This document shows, piece by piece, positions 15,310 through 24,819 of a stretch of DNA of 44,255 bases. Both the position numbers and the translations under genes were made by a program. Source of the stretch: a virus (taxonomy: Duplodnaviria; Caudoviricetes); IMG/VR virus record IMGVR_UViG_3300048576_000126, positions 1-44,255 of that record; one strand, written 5' to 3'. The notes under the pieces were generated by a model. It was not told the origin of the DNA. It saw only the letters and a program-made list of their open reading frames with translations, and did not search any database. Each line of letters begins with the position of its first letter. Positions within the stretch are counted from its first letter, which is position 1.

Positions 15310-15551
15310 CGTTTCCGTCTCCTGCTGACAGCGTTCATCACCTCATCAAGACGCTCGTGGATTCTAACGTGGTCGTCTCGGTTGTTGTCGGCGTTACGCT
15401 GAATCTCTTTTGTGATGTCTGATAGGCGACTGTCAGTCTCTCTGCGATCGCGTCTGTATGCGTAAGCAATAACGCCCCCGCAGACAGTAACGAGAGCCCC
15501 GACACCAGTAAGCACCCAGCCAATAATTGTGAGCAATGTTTCGATCTGCAT
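15306..15551 (-). CDS. Holin-like single-pass membrane protein
   Basis: N-terminal hydrophobic helix followed by a charged coiled coil and basic tail; positioned between the tail fibre and the endolysin. Confidence 0.6.
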   Translation of the reverse strand: MQIETLLTIIGWVLTGVGALVTVCGGVIAYAYRRDRRETDSRLSDITKEIQRNADNNRDDHVRIHERLDEVMNAVSRRRKR

Positions 15552-15693
15552 TTCATTTCCTATGCCTCGTTAAAATGATATTGTTATCGTGTAGAGTCTA
15601 AAGAGATCCGCCGACAATACAAATAGCAGAAAGCAAAAAAATCAATGATAGGCAAATTTATATTTTCCATTTCATTTTTTCTATGCTCCTTTA

Positions 15694-17892
15694 TTATTCA
15701 AAAGTCAATCGTATTGAAGTTGTAACATGTATATATGCGTTTGAACCTGATGCCAAACAATACGATAATCGTATTGTTTCACCTGCCAATACAGGCAATG
15801 TTATTGATATAGGCACTATCGCATAATCTCCTGATAATTGATTGAATTCATTTGCAGCAAATAATCCAGATTCACTACTGGTAGCCTTAAAAATAAAATC
15901 ATATTGTAACGCAGTACCTTTCGCTGATAAATATCCAGTTATTTTTAATATGCCCGAATTTTTAGGAGTAAATACACCTGTTGCAGCGTTAAACTCCCCA
16001 AATACATCCCCTAATTTTGTTAATCCTATAAGTGCAGTATCTGGTCCAACTGTGGCAGGAATGTTTGATGGTACAGAAAGCCAAATAATTCTATTAGTTT
16101 TAAGTAGTTTTATATTTTTAACACTCGACCCATCACAATAAACATCCGCGGCATCTCTGGGTGCAAGATATACTCCGCCTGTCGATTGCCCGACCGCGAG
16201 GACACGTACGTAATACGATCCGGTGCAATCGCAGATAACCTTATATCCTCTTACCGTTACGGGCAAATTTACACCGGTATTTTCTTCGAGGGCATCAACA
16301 AAGATTATCCCATCATAGGCTGAGAGTTTAGAGGCGGTAAGAGTTATTGTTCCGTAGCGGAAACTGGTAACGGTATTCGAATTATTATTGGCAACTAAAA
16401 CGTTCGTCCCGTCTGTGCAAATACCAGCTGGAATTGTTCCAACCGTAATTGTTCTTACAATTGATCCGTCTGAAACCAGAAACTGTGTAACGGTGTTCGA
16501 ACCATAGTTCGCAACTAAAACGTTCGTCCCGTCGGTACAAATACCATATGGACCGGTTCCGACTGTAATTGTTCTTACAATTGATCCGTCTGAAACCAGA
16601 AACTGTGTAACGGTGTTCGAACCATTGTTCGCAACGAAAAGGTTCGTCCCGTCTGTGCAAACGCTAAACGGGGATGTTCCGACTGTAATTGTTCTTACAA
16701 TTGATCCGTCTGAAGCCAGAAACTGTGTAACGGTGTTCGAACCAGAGTTCGCAACGAAAACGTTCGTCCCGTCGGTACAAATACCATATGGACCGGTTCC
16801 AACCGTAATTGTTCTTACAATTGATCCGTCTGAAGCCAGAAACTGTGTAACGGTGTTCGAAACATTGTTCGCAACGAAAACGTTCGTCCCGTCGGTACAA
16901 ATACCATATGGACCGGTTCCGACTGTAATTGTTCTTACAATTGATCCGTCTGAAACCAGAAACTGTGTAACGGTGTTCGAACCATAGTTCGCAACTAAAA
17001 CGTTCGTCCCGTCGGTACAAATACCAATTGGACCGGTTCCAACCGTAATTGTTCTTACAATTGATCCGTTTGAAACCAGAAACTGTGTAACGGTGTTCGA
17101 ATCAGAGTTCGCAACTAAAACGTTCGTCCCGTCGGTACAAATACCATATGGACCGGTTCCAACCGTAATTGTTCTGGTTTTTGCTAAACTGTATTTATAC
17201 AGCATCCCCAGAGCACCAGAACCGCCAGATCCACCTGAACCGATAGCCGCCGACAACGCAGATTCTGCCGCTTGCGCCCGTACCGTCTCAACGAGTATCG
17301 CCGCGTTCCTTGCGCCCTTCGTGTCGACGTCATCATCTGCGGAGGGATCGGCGAACTTTGCACGCCCGTTCGCGTCGCGGGAAACGATACGGGAAACAGT
17401 AGCCGCGGAGGTCGCGCCGTGTGCGGAGGTCGCGGAGACGTGATTCGATACGACCTGCTCGTCGGTAGTCATGCGGGATTCGTGGGCGACGTCCTTGGCC
17501 TGAAGAGCGGTGATCTCTGTATCGTGCGAATCAAGACGCGATTCATGAGCATTTATCACTCCGGCGTCGTCGTATGTTCCTATCACCTGAGCGACAATTG
17601 TTATTACCCCTGACATTTTAAGCGATGTTATTTCGCTGTATATTGTCGCACCTAAAACCTTTGACCAATTTTCGTCTTGGTTTTTCGGCGTTAGAGAATA
17701 ATCGCTATCCTCTGTAAGAGTAACTCCGTTTTGCGTGATGACGAGGCTTTTGAACGCATCGACATGATATGCGGTTGACCCGTCTGAAAGTTTGTACGCT
17801 TCCCCGATGGTGAATTTTCCTGTCGGATTCGTGATTGTTTTGGTGAACGTTTTTGATGTAGGGTTGTCAATATTGAGAGATGATACTGCCAT
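15694..17892 (-). CDS. Tail fibre / receptor-binding protein with 7-bladed YVTN-like beta-propeller
   Basis: Coiled coil, IVSRDANGR fibre motif, Gly linker, seven 40-aa blades, and a C-terminal C1q-like segment (FNAATGVFTPKNSG); last tail gene. Confidence 0.85.
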   Translation of the reverse strand: MAVSSLNIDNPTSKTFTKTITNPTGKFTIGEAYKLSDGSTAYHVDAFKSLVITQNGVTLTEDSDYSLTPKNQDENWSKVLGATIYSEITSLKMSGVITIVAQVIGTYDDAGVINAHESRLDSHDTEITALQAKDVAHESRMTTDEQVVSNHVSATSAHGATSAATVSRIVSRDANGRAKFADPSADDDVDTKGARNAAILVETVRAQAAESALSAAIGSGGSGGSGALGMLYKYSLAKTRTITVGTGPYGICTDGTNVLVANSDSNTVTQFLVSNGSIVRTITVGTGPIGICTDGTNVLVANYGSNTVTQFLVSDGSIVRTITVGTGPYGICTDGTNVFVANNVSNTVTQFLASDGSIVRTITVGTGPYGICTDGTNVFVANSGSNTVTQFLASDGSIVRTITVGTSPFSVCTDGTNLFVANNGSNTVTQFLVSDGSIVRTITVGTGPYGICTDGTNVLVANYGSNTVTQFLVSDGSIVRTITVGTIPAGICTDGTNVLVANNNSNTVTSFRYGTITLTASKLSAYDGIIFVDALEENTGVNLPVTVRGYKVICDCTGSYYVRVLAVGQSTGGVYLAPRDAADVYCDGSSVKNIKLLKTNRIIWLSVPSNIPATVGPDTALIGLTKLGDVFGEFNAATGVFTPKNSGILKITGYLSAKGTALQYDFIFKATSSESGLFAANEFNQLSGDYAIVPISITLPVLAGETIRLSYCLASGSNAYIHVTTSIRLTFE
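16361..17175. repeat. 120-bp coding tandem repeat (six full units plus a divergent seventh)
   Basis: AACTGTGTAACGGTGTTCGA recurs at 16481, 16601, 16721, 16841, 16961 and 17081. Confidence 0.97.
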
Positions 17893-17893
17893 T

Positions 17894-19909
17894 TTAGTCC
17901 TCGTCTATCCGTGATGTAGTTCCGTAAAACGATGATCCGAGTATCGCGGTATCATAGAGTATACCTTGCGTGTATCCATCTTCAGCCGTTACGTCGGATA
18001 TCCATATTCCCGTGATTTCTATTTTGTTTTTGCTGATAGATTTTTTGATTGATGTGATCTGATATATTGCTGTCTTTTCGCTCCCTCTCTCGCGAGGTGC
18101 GACGAAACAATCCACCGCCTGAAGATGTAATAATGTCGGGTTTGACCATACCGTAAAATCTGTTGTTATTAGAGGAGCAGTTGCTTCCGATTTGATGCTT
18201 TCCCATTTGAGCGTGGCGGATGCTTTGTCGAGGAGACAGAGGCCCGTGTATTCCTGCGGATTTGTAAGATGATATGTGCTGACGACGTAATCTTCCTGGT
18301 CAAATGTGATTGTTTTTTTGTTTTCGCTGTTACCCGCCGGACCGTATTCAATCTTCGCCGTTGATACGATTTGCGACATATCAACGGTTTTACCGTCTTT
18401 ATGAGCAAAGAGTTGGTCGCGTTTGAGCGTTGCGACAATCGGCGTATACGTCCGATCAAGAACGAGCGGCGTGAATCGCCCCGCACCAAGACAATTAACA
18501 ATTGTGTTTGAGCTATCGCAGACGTTCTTTACGAAGTCGCTTATACTTGTTGATGTTTCGCTTCCGTCGATGATCTTCGAATAGTTTCTCCCCTGCTTGA
18601 GAGATTTTTTCATTTCCCTCGCGTACGCTGAAACGTCAAAGTTCCATGCCTCATATTCGATGTCGGCAAATATCTCATATGCAATTCGAGTCAGATCTAC
18701 TCCGCACAAATATCCGTTGTTCTCAGCGTCATACCAGCCGATTCCGGAAACATGTATATCCATCCAGGAATATGTCGTGGTTCCACCATCGGTCTCCCCG
18801 GTGCAGACGGCGGATCTTGTTATATGCACTTTTCCCGTGTCTCTCTCTACGGCGTAAGATACGCCGGATGCTACTTCTGCGTATTTACTATCCGGAGACA
18901 ATGTTCCCGGATTTGTAACGATTCCACCGCTAGGCGGTATAATCAAATCGTACTGAACGCCGTTCGAGTCTGATTTATTTATCCATAAATAATCTATTTG
19001 TTTTAGCTGATAAGATTTTTTTGTACCGTTGTATGCTTTGCATAGAGCATATGTAGCTACCGCTGAATTATGTTCTGATTTATTTAGCAAAGTTGGCTTG
19101 TAATCTACAAACTTGCCTATTATGATAGGGAAGATGTCATACTCCCCGGTGTCTTCGTCTCCGTCTTCTGTATCATATAAATACGGGAAATCAATCGGGT
19201 TGATCGTTCCGAGATTGATGTATTGCTTGTCGAGCGCCATACGTCGATCTGTTATTGTCAGCGAAACGAAATCGTCTTCTATCGAGTATTTCTGTATGAT
19301 ACCATACTGGCACAGTGCGTCGGCTGTCAGCTCTGCACCATCTTCAAGGGTGTATAATTTTGCAATAGACCCCGAGAGATTCGATCCGTCGAATTTCCCG
19401 TGATGATTTCTGAGTTTTACCGTCAGAGAGGCATAGCTGTTTACGCCGGTATAGAGGTTGTCGCGCTTGAGGGTAATGTCACCTATTTCTTCGACACACG
19501 GATCGTAATAAATATCATCGTAATACGCTTCATCATCGCGAGCGAAATCGACATGAGTGCTGTATCCGGTAATGAGGCCTATTTCGATGCGCTTTCCGAA
19601 CGGCACCTGATACGGTATTCCGTTTTCCGTTATGTTTATGATGACGCGAAAATTTACTTTATCATAATAGAATGAATTTCGAGTTGCAAAACAAAGTTCG
19701 ACACTCGATACTTCCTCGTAATAGTTGAGGCCGTAGCGCACCGATCCTATCTGCGTTGGCGTTATTTGTGGTAGTCCTGAATACGTTCCGACAACGGTGC
19801 CATAGGTGTATTTGAGAACACCGTATAATGACGCGCACCACAAACCAGAACGGTACGGGGTAAAAATAGTCGGAGTATAAGGCGCAAGAATTTGAAGAAG
19901 GTGCTGCAT
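17894..19909 (-). CDS. Tail hub/baseplate protein
   Basis: Large ORF between the distal-tail genes and the fibre; start MQHLLQ overlaps the upstream TGA. Confidence 0.65.
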   Translation of the reverse strand: MQHLLQILAPYTPTIFTPYRSGLWCASLYGVLKYTYGTVVGTYSGLPQITPTQIGSVRYGLNYYEEVSSVELCFATRNSFYYDKVNFRVIINITENGIPYQVPFGKRIEIGLITGYSTHVDFARDDEAYYDDIYYDPCVEEIGDITLKRDNLYTGVNSYASLTVKLRNHHGKFDGSNLSGSIAKLYTLEDGAELTADALCQYGIIQKYSIEDDFVSLTITDRRMALDKQYINLGTINPIDFPYLYDTEDGDEDTGEYDIFPIIIGKFVDYKPTLLNKSEHNSAVATYALCKAYNGTKKSYQLKQIDYLWINKSDSNGVQYDLIIPPSGGIVTNPGTLSPDSKYAEVASGVSYAVERDTGKVHITRSAVCTGETDGGTTTYSWMDIHVSGIGWYDAENNGYLCGVDLTRIAYEIFADIEYEAWNFDVSAYAREMKKSLKQGRNYSKIIDGSETSTSISDFVKNVCDSSNTIVNCLGAGRFTPLVLDRTYTPIVATLKRDQLFAHKDGKTVDMSQIVSTAKIEYGPAGNSENKKTITFDQEDYVVSTYHLTNPQEYTGLCLLDKASATLKWESIKSEATAPLITTDFTVWSNPTLLHLQAVDCFVAPRERGSEKTAIYQITSIKKSISKNKIEITGIWISDVTAEDGYTQGILYDTAILGSSFYGTTSRIDED

Positions 19910-20838
19910 CAATATGATCCTGTTTTCGATCCGAAAACATTTGATGCTACGACGCGGAACGAATCTAGGTACATATCCTCTGAAAACGTAACATCTCCGC
20001 TCCATGAAGACCCAAGAGAAACATATACTATCAAATGATATTTACCTGGACCTACGAAAATGCTTTCTCCGCTACCCAACGTTGTCGGTATGATTGACGT
20101 CGATCCGTCTATTTCGATTCCAAGGCGATACTTTATTGATCCGTGGATGTATGCGTCATCATGATGCGTATCGATTATTTTGATAGTTTGTGGATACGAT
20201 ATATCAAACGTACCTAAATCTTCTTGATCTTCTTGTTGGTATACTCTTTGCGTATGCGAGCTTAATACTGATCCTAATGATTTCCCGATATTGGTACATC
20301 CAATTATTTCTCTTGTTACAGAAAAAAGACCATCCGGATATATTTTTTGAACAAGATTGTCGTTGTAGACGTAAAGCCATTTCGTGTGCGTAGTTCCGCT
20401 TTTTGTGACTCCACCGACAACTCGATATTGCGTGTTTGTTATATACAAGCCTCCGTAATTCGCGTTTATTGACACATTCGATTCTGCCGTCTGATACAGA
20501 TATCCGGTGCAGGTGTCGTCGTCGTTAGCCTTGAAAATGACGATATAATCACCGTCATCAGCGTTGTCCGCAGTTACGACTGATCCGTCAGATTTGATAA
20601 CATCGAAAAGCGCTGTTGTCGTAAACGAATATTCTTTGAAGTTAACCGTTATTTTTGACCCAGCCTTCAGCCCGAGCGCCGCCGTGTTCCCCGCCTCAAA
20701 ATTGAGATAGAACACACCGCGCAGTTGCTGAAGAACCTCAATGAGCGTCTGCTGCTGGCTTGTGAAGTCATCCGGAGAGGATGAACCGTTTTTAAATGTA
20801 TTTGTTGCCGATGATGATACGACTGACATTATCTGCAC
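19909..20838 (-). CDS. Tail-associated structural protein
   Basis: Beta-rich 309-aa ORF in the tail operon. Confidence 0.6.
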   Translation of the reverse strand: MQIMSVVSSSATNTFKNGSSSPDDFTSQQQTLIEVLQQLRGVFYLNFEAGNTAALGLKAGSKITVNFKEYSFTTTALFDVIKSDGSVVTADNADDGDYIVIFKANDDDTCTGYLYQTAESNVSINANYGGLYITNTQYRVVGGVTKSGTTHTKWLYVYNDNLVQKIYPDGLFSVTREIIGCTNIGKSLGSVLSSHTQRVYQQEDQEDLGTFDISYPQTIKIIDTHHDDAYIHGSIKYRLGIEIDGSTSIIPTTLGSGESIFVGPGKYHLIVYVSLGSSWSGDVTFSEDMYLDSFRVVASNVFGSKTGSY

Positions 20839-21566
20839 TCCTCAAGTTTCTGCGTTGCTTTGTAAAAAAGGCCGGACATGTCTATCTGCTGATATTCGAT
20901 GTCATCCGTCATGTTGCAATAGAGCGGCGCGAACCTCAAAAGATCGTCATGGTAAATGAGCGCGACGAACGGGACGACTTTATCGAGCGTATCAAACGCC
21001 GCGTCTATGAGTACCCGCGTATCGTGATCAATCAGCGGATATGTGATCGAATATGTTTTGAGTCTGACTTGCGTATATCCGTAAAGCTGGCCGGTATCAT
21101 TTTTGTCGCTCTTCGATGTGGATTTATACCCTATTGACGGTGTTCGCTCGAAGGCAGGCATTTCGAGATATCCGCCGATATATGGCTTGCTGATTCTCGG
21201 ATACGTCACCGTTGAGTCGCTGACAAAAATCCTGAAATATTTATACGTAAGCCCTGCTTCGGCGAAAAGCATCCAGCCGTTTCCGTATTGCGTGAGCGCG
21301 TATTCAGTCACCGTCGCGAAATTGTCATTCGAGCATTGCAATTTAACCGTCGCGGTGCTTGCGAGATTCGTTTTCAGGATGTATGCGTAAAAGATTGTCG
21401 TTGCCGTTGCGAAATACCATTGCAGATATTGATTTGTGTTCGACGTGAATTTACCCCATCGCGAAAGGCGCGTATCTGCGATCGCATCGGCCCACGGATA
21501 TTTTGAGTGTTGCGACGAATACGAAAAAACACCGCCGCTTATTTTGTTGTAACAAAGTATTCTCAT
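20829..21566 (-). CDS. Distal tail-like protein
   Basis: Immediately downstream of the tape measure gene; discoidin-like 'TVKLQCSNDNF...YKYFRIFV' segment. Confidence 0.6.
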   Translation of the reverse strand: MRILCYNKISGGVFSYSSQHSKYPWADAIADTRLSRWGKFTSNTNQYLQWYFATATTIFYAYILKTNLASTATVKLQCSNDNFATVTEYALTQYGNGWMLFAEAGLTYKYFRIFVSDSTVTYPRISKPYIGGYLEMPAFERTPSIGYKSTSKSDKNDTGQLYGYTQVRLKTYSITYPLIDHDTRVLIDAAFDTLDKVVPFVALIYHDDLLRFAPLYCNMTDDIEYQQIDMSGLFYKATQKLEECR

Positions 21567-24001
21567 CGTTTAGATACCGCGTTTTTACTGATTGAAAATT
21601 TCCCTGTTTCTGAGTCTCGGTACATCTTTGAATAAAGCTCTTCTTCGCCTACATGTACATGTATATGTGTTTCGCCTCCTCCGGATGATGCGCCGTTTCC
21701 GTTTGCCATATTCCAGAGTTGTTTTTGCTGATCTTCCGTTAGAATCATTTCTCCAGAGTTGACATTCGCCGGGACATTATCCCCTGAATAAGAACTTCCA
21801 GGGACAACGCCTCCGGTCTCGTATGAGGAACGCTTCGGCTTTGCGGCAACAATCGCTGCCTCTTGAGCGCTTGCAGCGATACCGGCCGTGATTGACGCCG
21901 CCGTCGCTACTACAAATCCGAATTTTGCCATAGATGCGTACATGTTTAAAACTGCAAGAGGTATAGAAAGAGCTCCTTGGGCAACTTGAAACTCCCACGC
22001 AACCATTGCGCCGCGGTACTCGAGATCCTTTTTCTTCTTCGCGAATTCCTCTTCGATTTGTGCTTTTTTAAGGGCTTTTTTCTTTTCCGCGATAAGTTGA
22101 GCATCTCCGGACTTCACGGCGGCATCATATTCTTTCTGCGCTTTCTCAACGGCGGTATCGTCAGCGACTCCGGCCGCTTCTTCTTCTGCCGCCTGTTTTT
22201 CATCGAGGGAATCGATCTGATTTTTGTATGATGCCGCGACGATTGCAGCAACGGAGGACATAACTGTATTAACGCTCTGACCGTATGATTGTACCTGCTG
22301 ATTGAGCTGTTGCCATGAGTTCGCATACTGATCAAGCGCGGTTTTTGCATCCGTAAACGCTTTGTCCGCTTTATCAACCTGATCAGACGATACAACGCCG
22401 CCTGAATCTTTGATATTTTTAAGCCGAATAGCCTCTTGAGCCGCTTTCTCCATGTTGTCAGAAAGCTCTGATAAGCTGGTATTTTGTTTTCCGGTCGGGA
22501 ATATGTAGTCCCAGTTTATTTTTGTGCTTTCGAACTGCATTGCCTGCTTGTACAGTTCATCGAGCTTTTTCTTTGATTCGTCGGCGCCCTTGTCGTCAGG
22601 AAGTGTTGGTTTAATATCCGTTTTATGTTTGGTTATTTTTATTTCAGATTCATCAAGCTGTCTCTGTTTTCCGCCGAGGTCTAGTATTTCTTTGAGCTTT
22701 TTTGATTCTTGATCTTTGAGCTCTACTAAACGTCGTGCTTTGTCTACGCTGAATCCCTCAACGTCAGACCTTTCGTCCGCTGTCTCTGACAATCCGCTTT
22801 CAAGCCTCATTATTCGTGTGCGGATATCAAGTTCCTCTGCCTGCGCCTTCCTTAAATCCTGCTGTTTTTTATCATCTTCAATTTCCTTTTTTATTTTTAC
22901 ATTTTCTTCTAACTGGTCGTGGTTTTGCTTATATAGTGCATAAAGGTCTTTTTGCTGCTGTGTTGCCTTCCCGCTTCTCACGAGTTGTTCAAGATCTTTT
23001 GCGCTTGTCTTCTGCTGCTCCATTTGCTTGAGAAGAATACTTTCTGTCCCTGATAATTGGATATATTCTTGATTTATACTTTCAAGTTTTCCAGCCTTCG
23101 CAACGTCGTTTATTTTTTCGAGTAGTTTCGTAACAAATTTTGTCGCTTGGCTGGCAGCATCGGAAATCATGTCAAGGGCTTCGGCGAATATTCCGCCTGG
23201 AGTTGATGATCTCTCGAACTCTTTTTCAAGCTGTGTTACTGCGGGAAGGAGTTTCTTCCCTGCGGCCTTTTCTGCGTCTTCGAGTGCATTTTTTGCTCTG
23301 AACGCTGCCGTCGCGAAGGAGTCCATCGATGCGGCAGACGATCCGATCACGCCCATATTCCCCGCCTGCTTCATGGCGACATTGAGCACGGCCTGAGCAC
23401 GTTCGGCGGAGTTCATCTCCTTTGCTGTTTTTCCGAGTCCCTTTGCGTATTCCTCGAGGTGATCATCGTCAAGGAAAAGCCCCATCGCTTTGGCTTCGCG
23501 CGTCATCCCTTTCGCGGCGGCGGCGAGTGCGTCGGTGTATTCCTCGGCTTTCTCGGCTTTCCCAAAATAAGCGGCGAGATCAGACCCTAGACCGGCCATA
23601 CTCTTCGCGTAATCAACGGACGCGGCCTGTGTGATGCCCATCTGCTGCGCCATCGTTCCGATAGTGGCCATAACGCCTTGAGCGGCGTCATCGTCGTAGT
23701 TGAAGTTTTCGGTGAGCTCTTCAATTCCCTTGTTTGCGGCATCCATCGCGTTCGGGAATGTCGTCTCAAACCGGCGAGCGGTTACATTCGCTTCGGCGGC
23801 GAGGTTTGCCATCTCTTTGGCAAGGTCTTTCGCTTTATCGACGGTGAATGCAATACCGAGGAGACCGGCGATCTTGCCGGCCCATCCACCCATAAATGAG
23901 CCGAAACCGTCCGCCTTGCTTTTCGCATTGGCAAGGGACGACTCCATACCTGCGGTGTCTCCGGTTATTCGATAAACGAGATTTCCGATATAATCTGACA
24001 T
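21563..24001 (-). CDS. Tail tape measure protein
   Basis: IGNLVYRITGDTAGMESSL start, Ala/Lys-rich helical body, C-terminal YETGGVVPGSSYSGDNVPANVNSGEMILT. Confidence 0.93.
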   Translation of the reverse strand: MSDYIGNLVYRITGDTAGMESSLANAKSKADGFGSFMGGWAGKIAGLLGIAFTVDKAKDLAKEMANLAAEANVTARRFETTFPNAMDAANKGIEELTENFNYDDDAAQGVMATIGTMAQQMGITQAASVDYAKSMAGLGSDLAAYFGKAEKAEEYTDALAAAAKGMTREAKAMGLFLDDDHLEEYAKGLGKTAKEMNSAERAQAVLNVAMKQAGNMGVIGSSAASMDSFATAAFRAKNALEDAEKAAGKKLLPAVTQLEKEFERSSTPGGIFAEALDMISDAASQATKFVTKLLEKINDVAKAGKLESINQEYIQLSGTESILLKQMEQQKTSAKDLEQLVRSGKATQQQKDLYALYKQNHDQLEENVKIKKEIEDDKKQQDLRKAQAEELDIRTRIMRLESGLSETADERSDVEGFSVDKARRLVELKDQESKKLKEILDLGGKQRQLDESEIKITKHKTDIKPTLPDDKGADESKKKLDELYKQAMQFESTKINWDYIFPTGKQNTSLSELSDNMEKAAQEAIRLKNIKDSGGVVSSDQVDKADKAFTDAKTALDQYANSWQQLNQQVQSYGQSVNTVMSSVAAIVAASYKNQIDSLDEKQAAEEEAAGVADDTAVEKAQKEYDAAVKSGDAQLIAEKKKALKKAQIEEEFAKKKKDLEYRGAMVAWEFQVAQGALSIPLAVLNMYASMAKFGFVVATAASITAGIAASAQEAAIVAAKPKRSSYETGGVVPGSSYSGDNVPANVNSGEMILTEDQQKQLWNMANGNGASSGGGETHIHVHVGEEELYSKMYRDSETGKFSISKNAVSKR

Positions 24002-24311
24002 TTAGTTTCTTATTTTAAAATCGTTTTGCTTGCTGATTTCTTCGCCGCGCTTCAGTTCCGCTTCGGCCTGTGCGATGGCGATATGATTTCCGGATTTCTT
24101 TGCTTTTGATAGGTTTTCTTTGAGCGTTGATAGTTTCTTCCGTGACCATATCAGCTTTTCAATCGGCCGCGGAATCTGCGCGAGGTTGATGGCGTTTTGA
24201 GCTTCGGGGACGCTGAGATCGAGCCATTCCTCGCGCGTGATCGGACGGTAATATTTATTGAGTGCCGCGATCAGGATCCCTTCGTTGTACTCGTCCCAGT
24301 CTTTTTTTTTT
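24002..24311 (-). CDS. -1 frameshift extension of the tail assembly chaperone (G-T protein)
   Basis: Slippery A10-G run (plus-strand T24302-24311); the -1 frame KKDWDEYNEGILIAAL...KIRN is open to a TAA abutting the tape measure ATG. Confidence 0.8.
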
Positions 24312-24762
24312 CAGTTGAGACGGAAAGATCCTTGTTCACCGCTGATTTGAGAAAATCGAGCATGACATCGACATCGACGCATTCTTCCCAAAAATTCGGA
24401 TTGAGAAGGATGTCTCCCTGTTTCACTCCGTTCTGCACGAGGATCTTGTTGATCAGATCGGCGCGGCGTTTGAAGAACGAATCGCTCCCGATAGACTCTA
24501 TTTCAGCGGCGATCTTCTGGAGATCTTCACCGAGCTTTTCAATGGCATCCTCACCTACTTTGAGGATTTTCGATGAGGATATTTCTGCGAGTTTTGCCTT
24601 GTACGCGGAATATGCGATTGCCGCCTTGTCAATGTCTTCCTGTATTTTAAAATACTCTTCGCGCCTGCGCTGCGGGATAAAGTGGATCCGGATGAGTTTT
24701 ATTCCAGGTTTCCCGTCTTCCGACACGTATTTCAGAGTATATTCGAGTTCTTTTTCTTCCAT
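24271..24762 (-). CDS. Tail assembly chaperone
   Basis: Position between tail tube and tape measure; slippery sequence near the 3' end. Confidence 0.8.
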   Translation of the reverse strand: MEEKELEYTLKYVSEDGKPGIKLIRIHFIPQRRREEYFKIQEDIDKAAIAYSAYKAKLAEISSSKILKVGEDAIEKLGEDLQKIAAEIESIGSDSFFKRRADLINKILVQNGVKQGDILLNPNFWEECVDVDVMLDFLKSAVNKDLSVSTEKKKTGTSTTKGS

Positions 24763-24795
24763 GATTTTGCCTGAATAATGAATAGATAATGGCGT

Positions 24796-24813
24796 GCGGG
24801 GATTGCTCCCCGC
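24796..24813 (-). terminator. Hairpin after the tail tube gene
   Basis: GCGGGGA-GCAA-TCCCCGC with no U tract; identical to 27596-27613. Confidence 0.5.
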
Positions 24814-24819
24814 GTTTAG

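Noticed and set aside
15562-15680. Additional holin or spanin gene between the fibre and the holin-like gene
   Set aside because: The hydrophobic frame (MKWKI*ICLSLIFLLSAICIVGGSL*) is broken by stops and has no lipobox; at most a remnant.
15694-17892. Complete diversity-generating retroelement acting on the tail fibre
   Set aside because: No reverse transcriptase, accessory gene or separate non-coding template repeat is visible in the genome; all repeat copies are coding blades.
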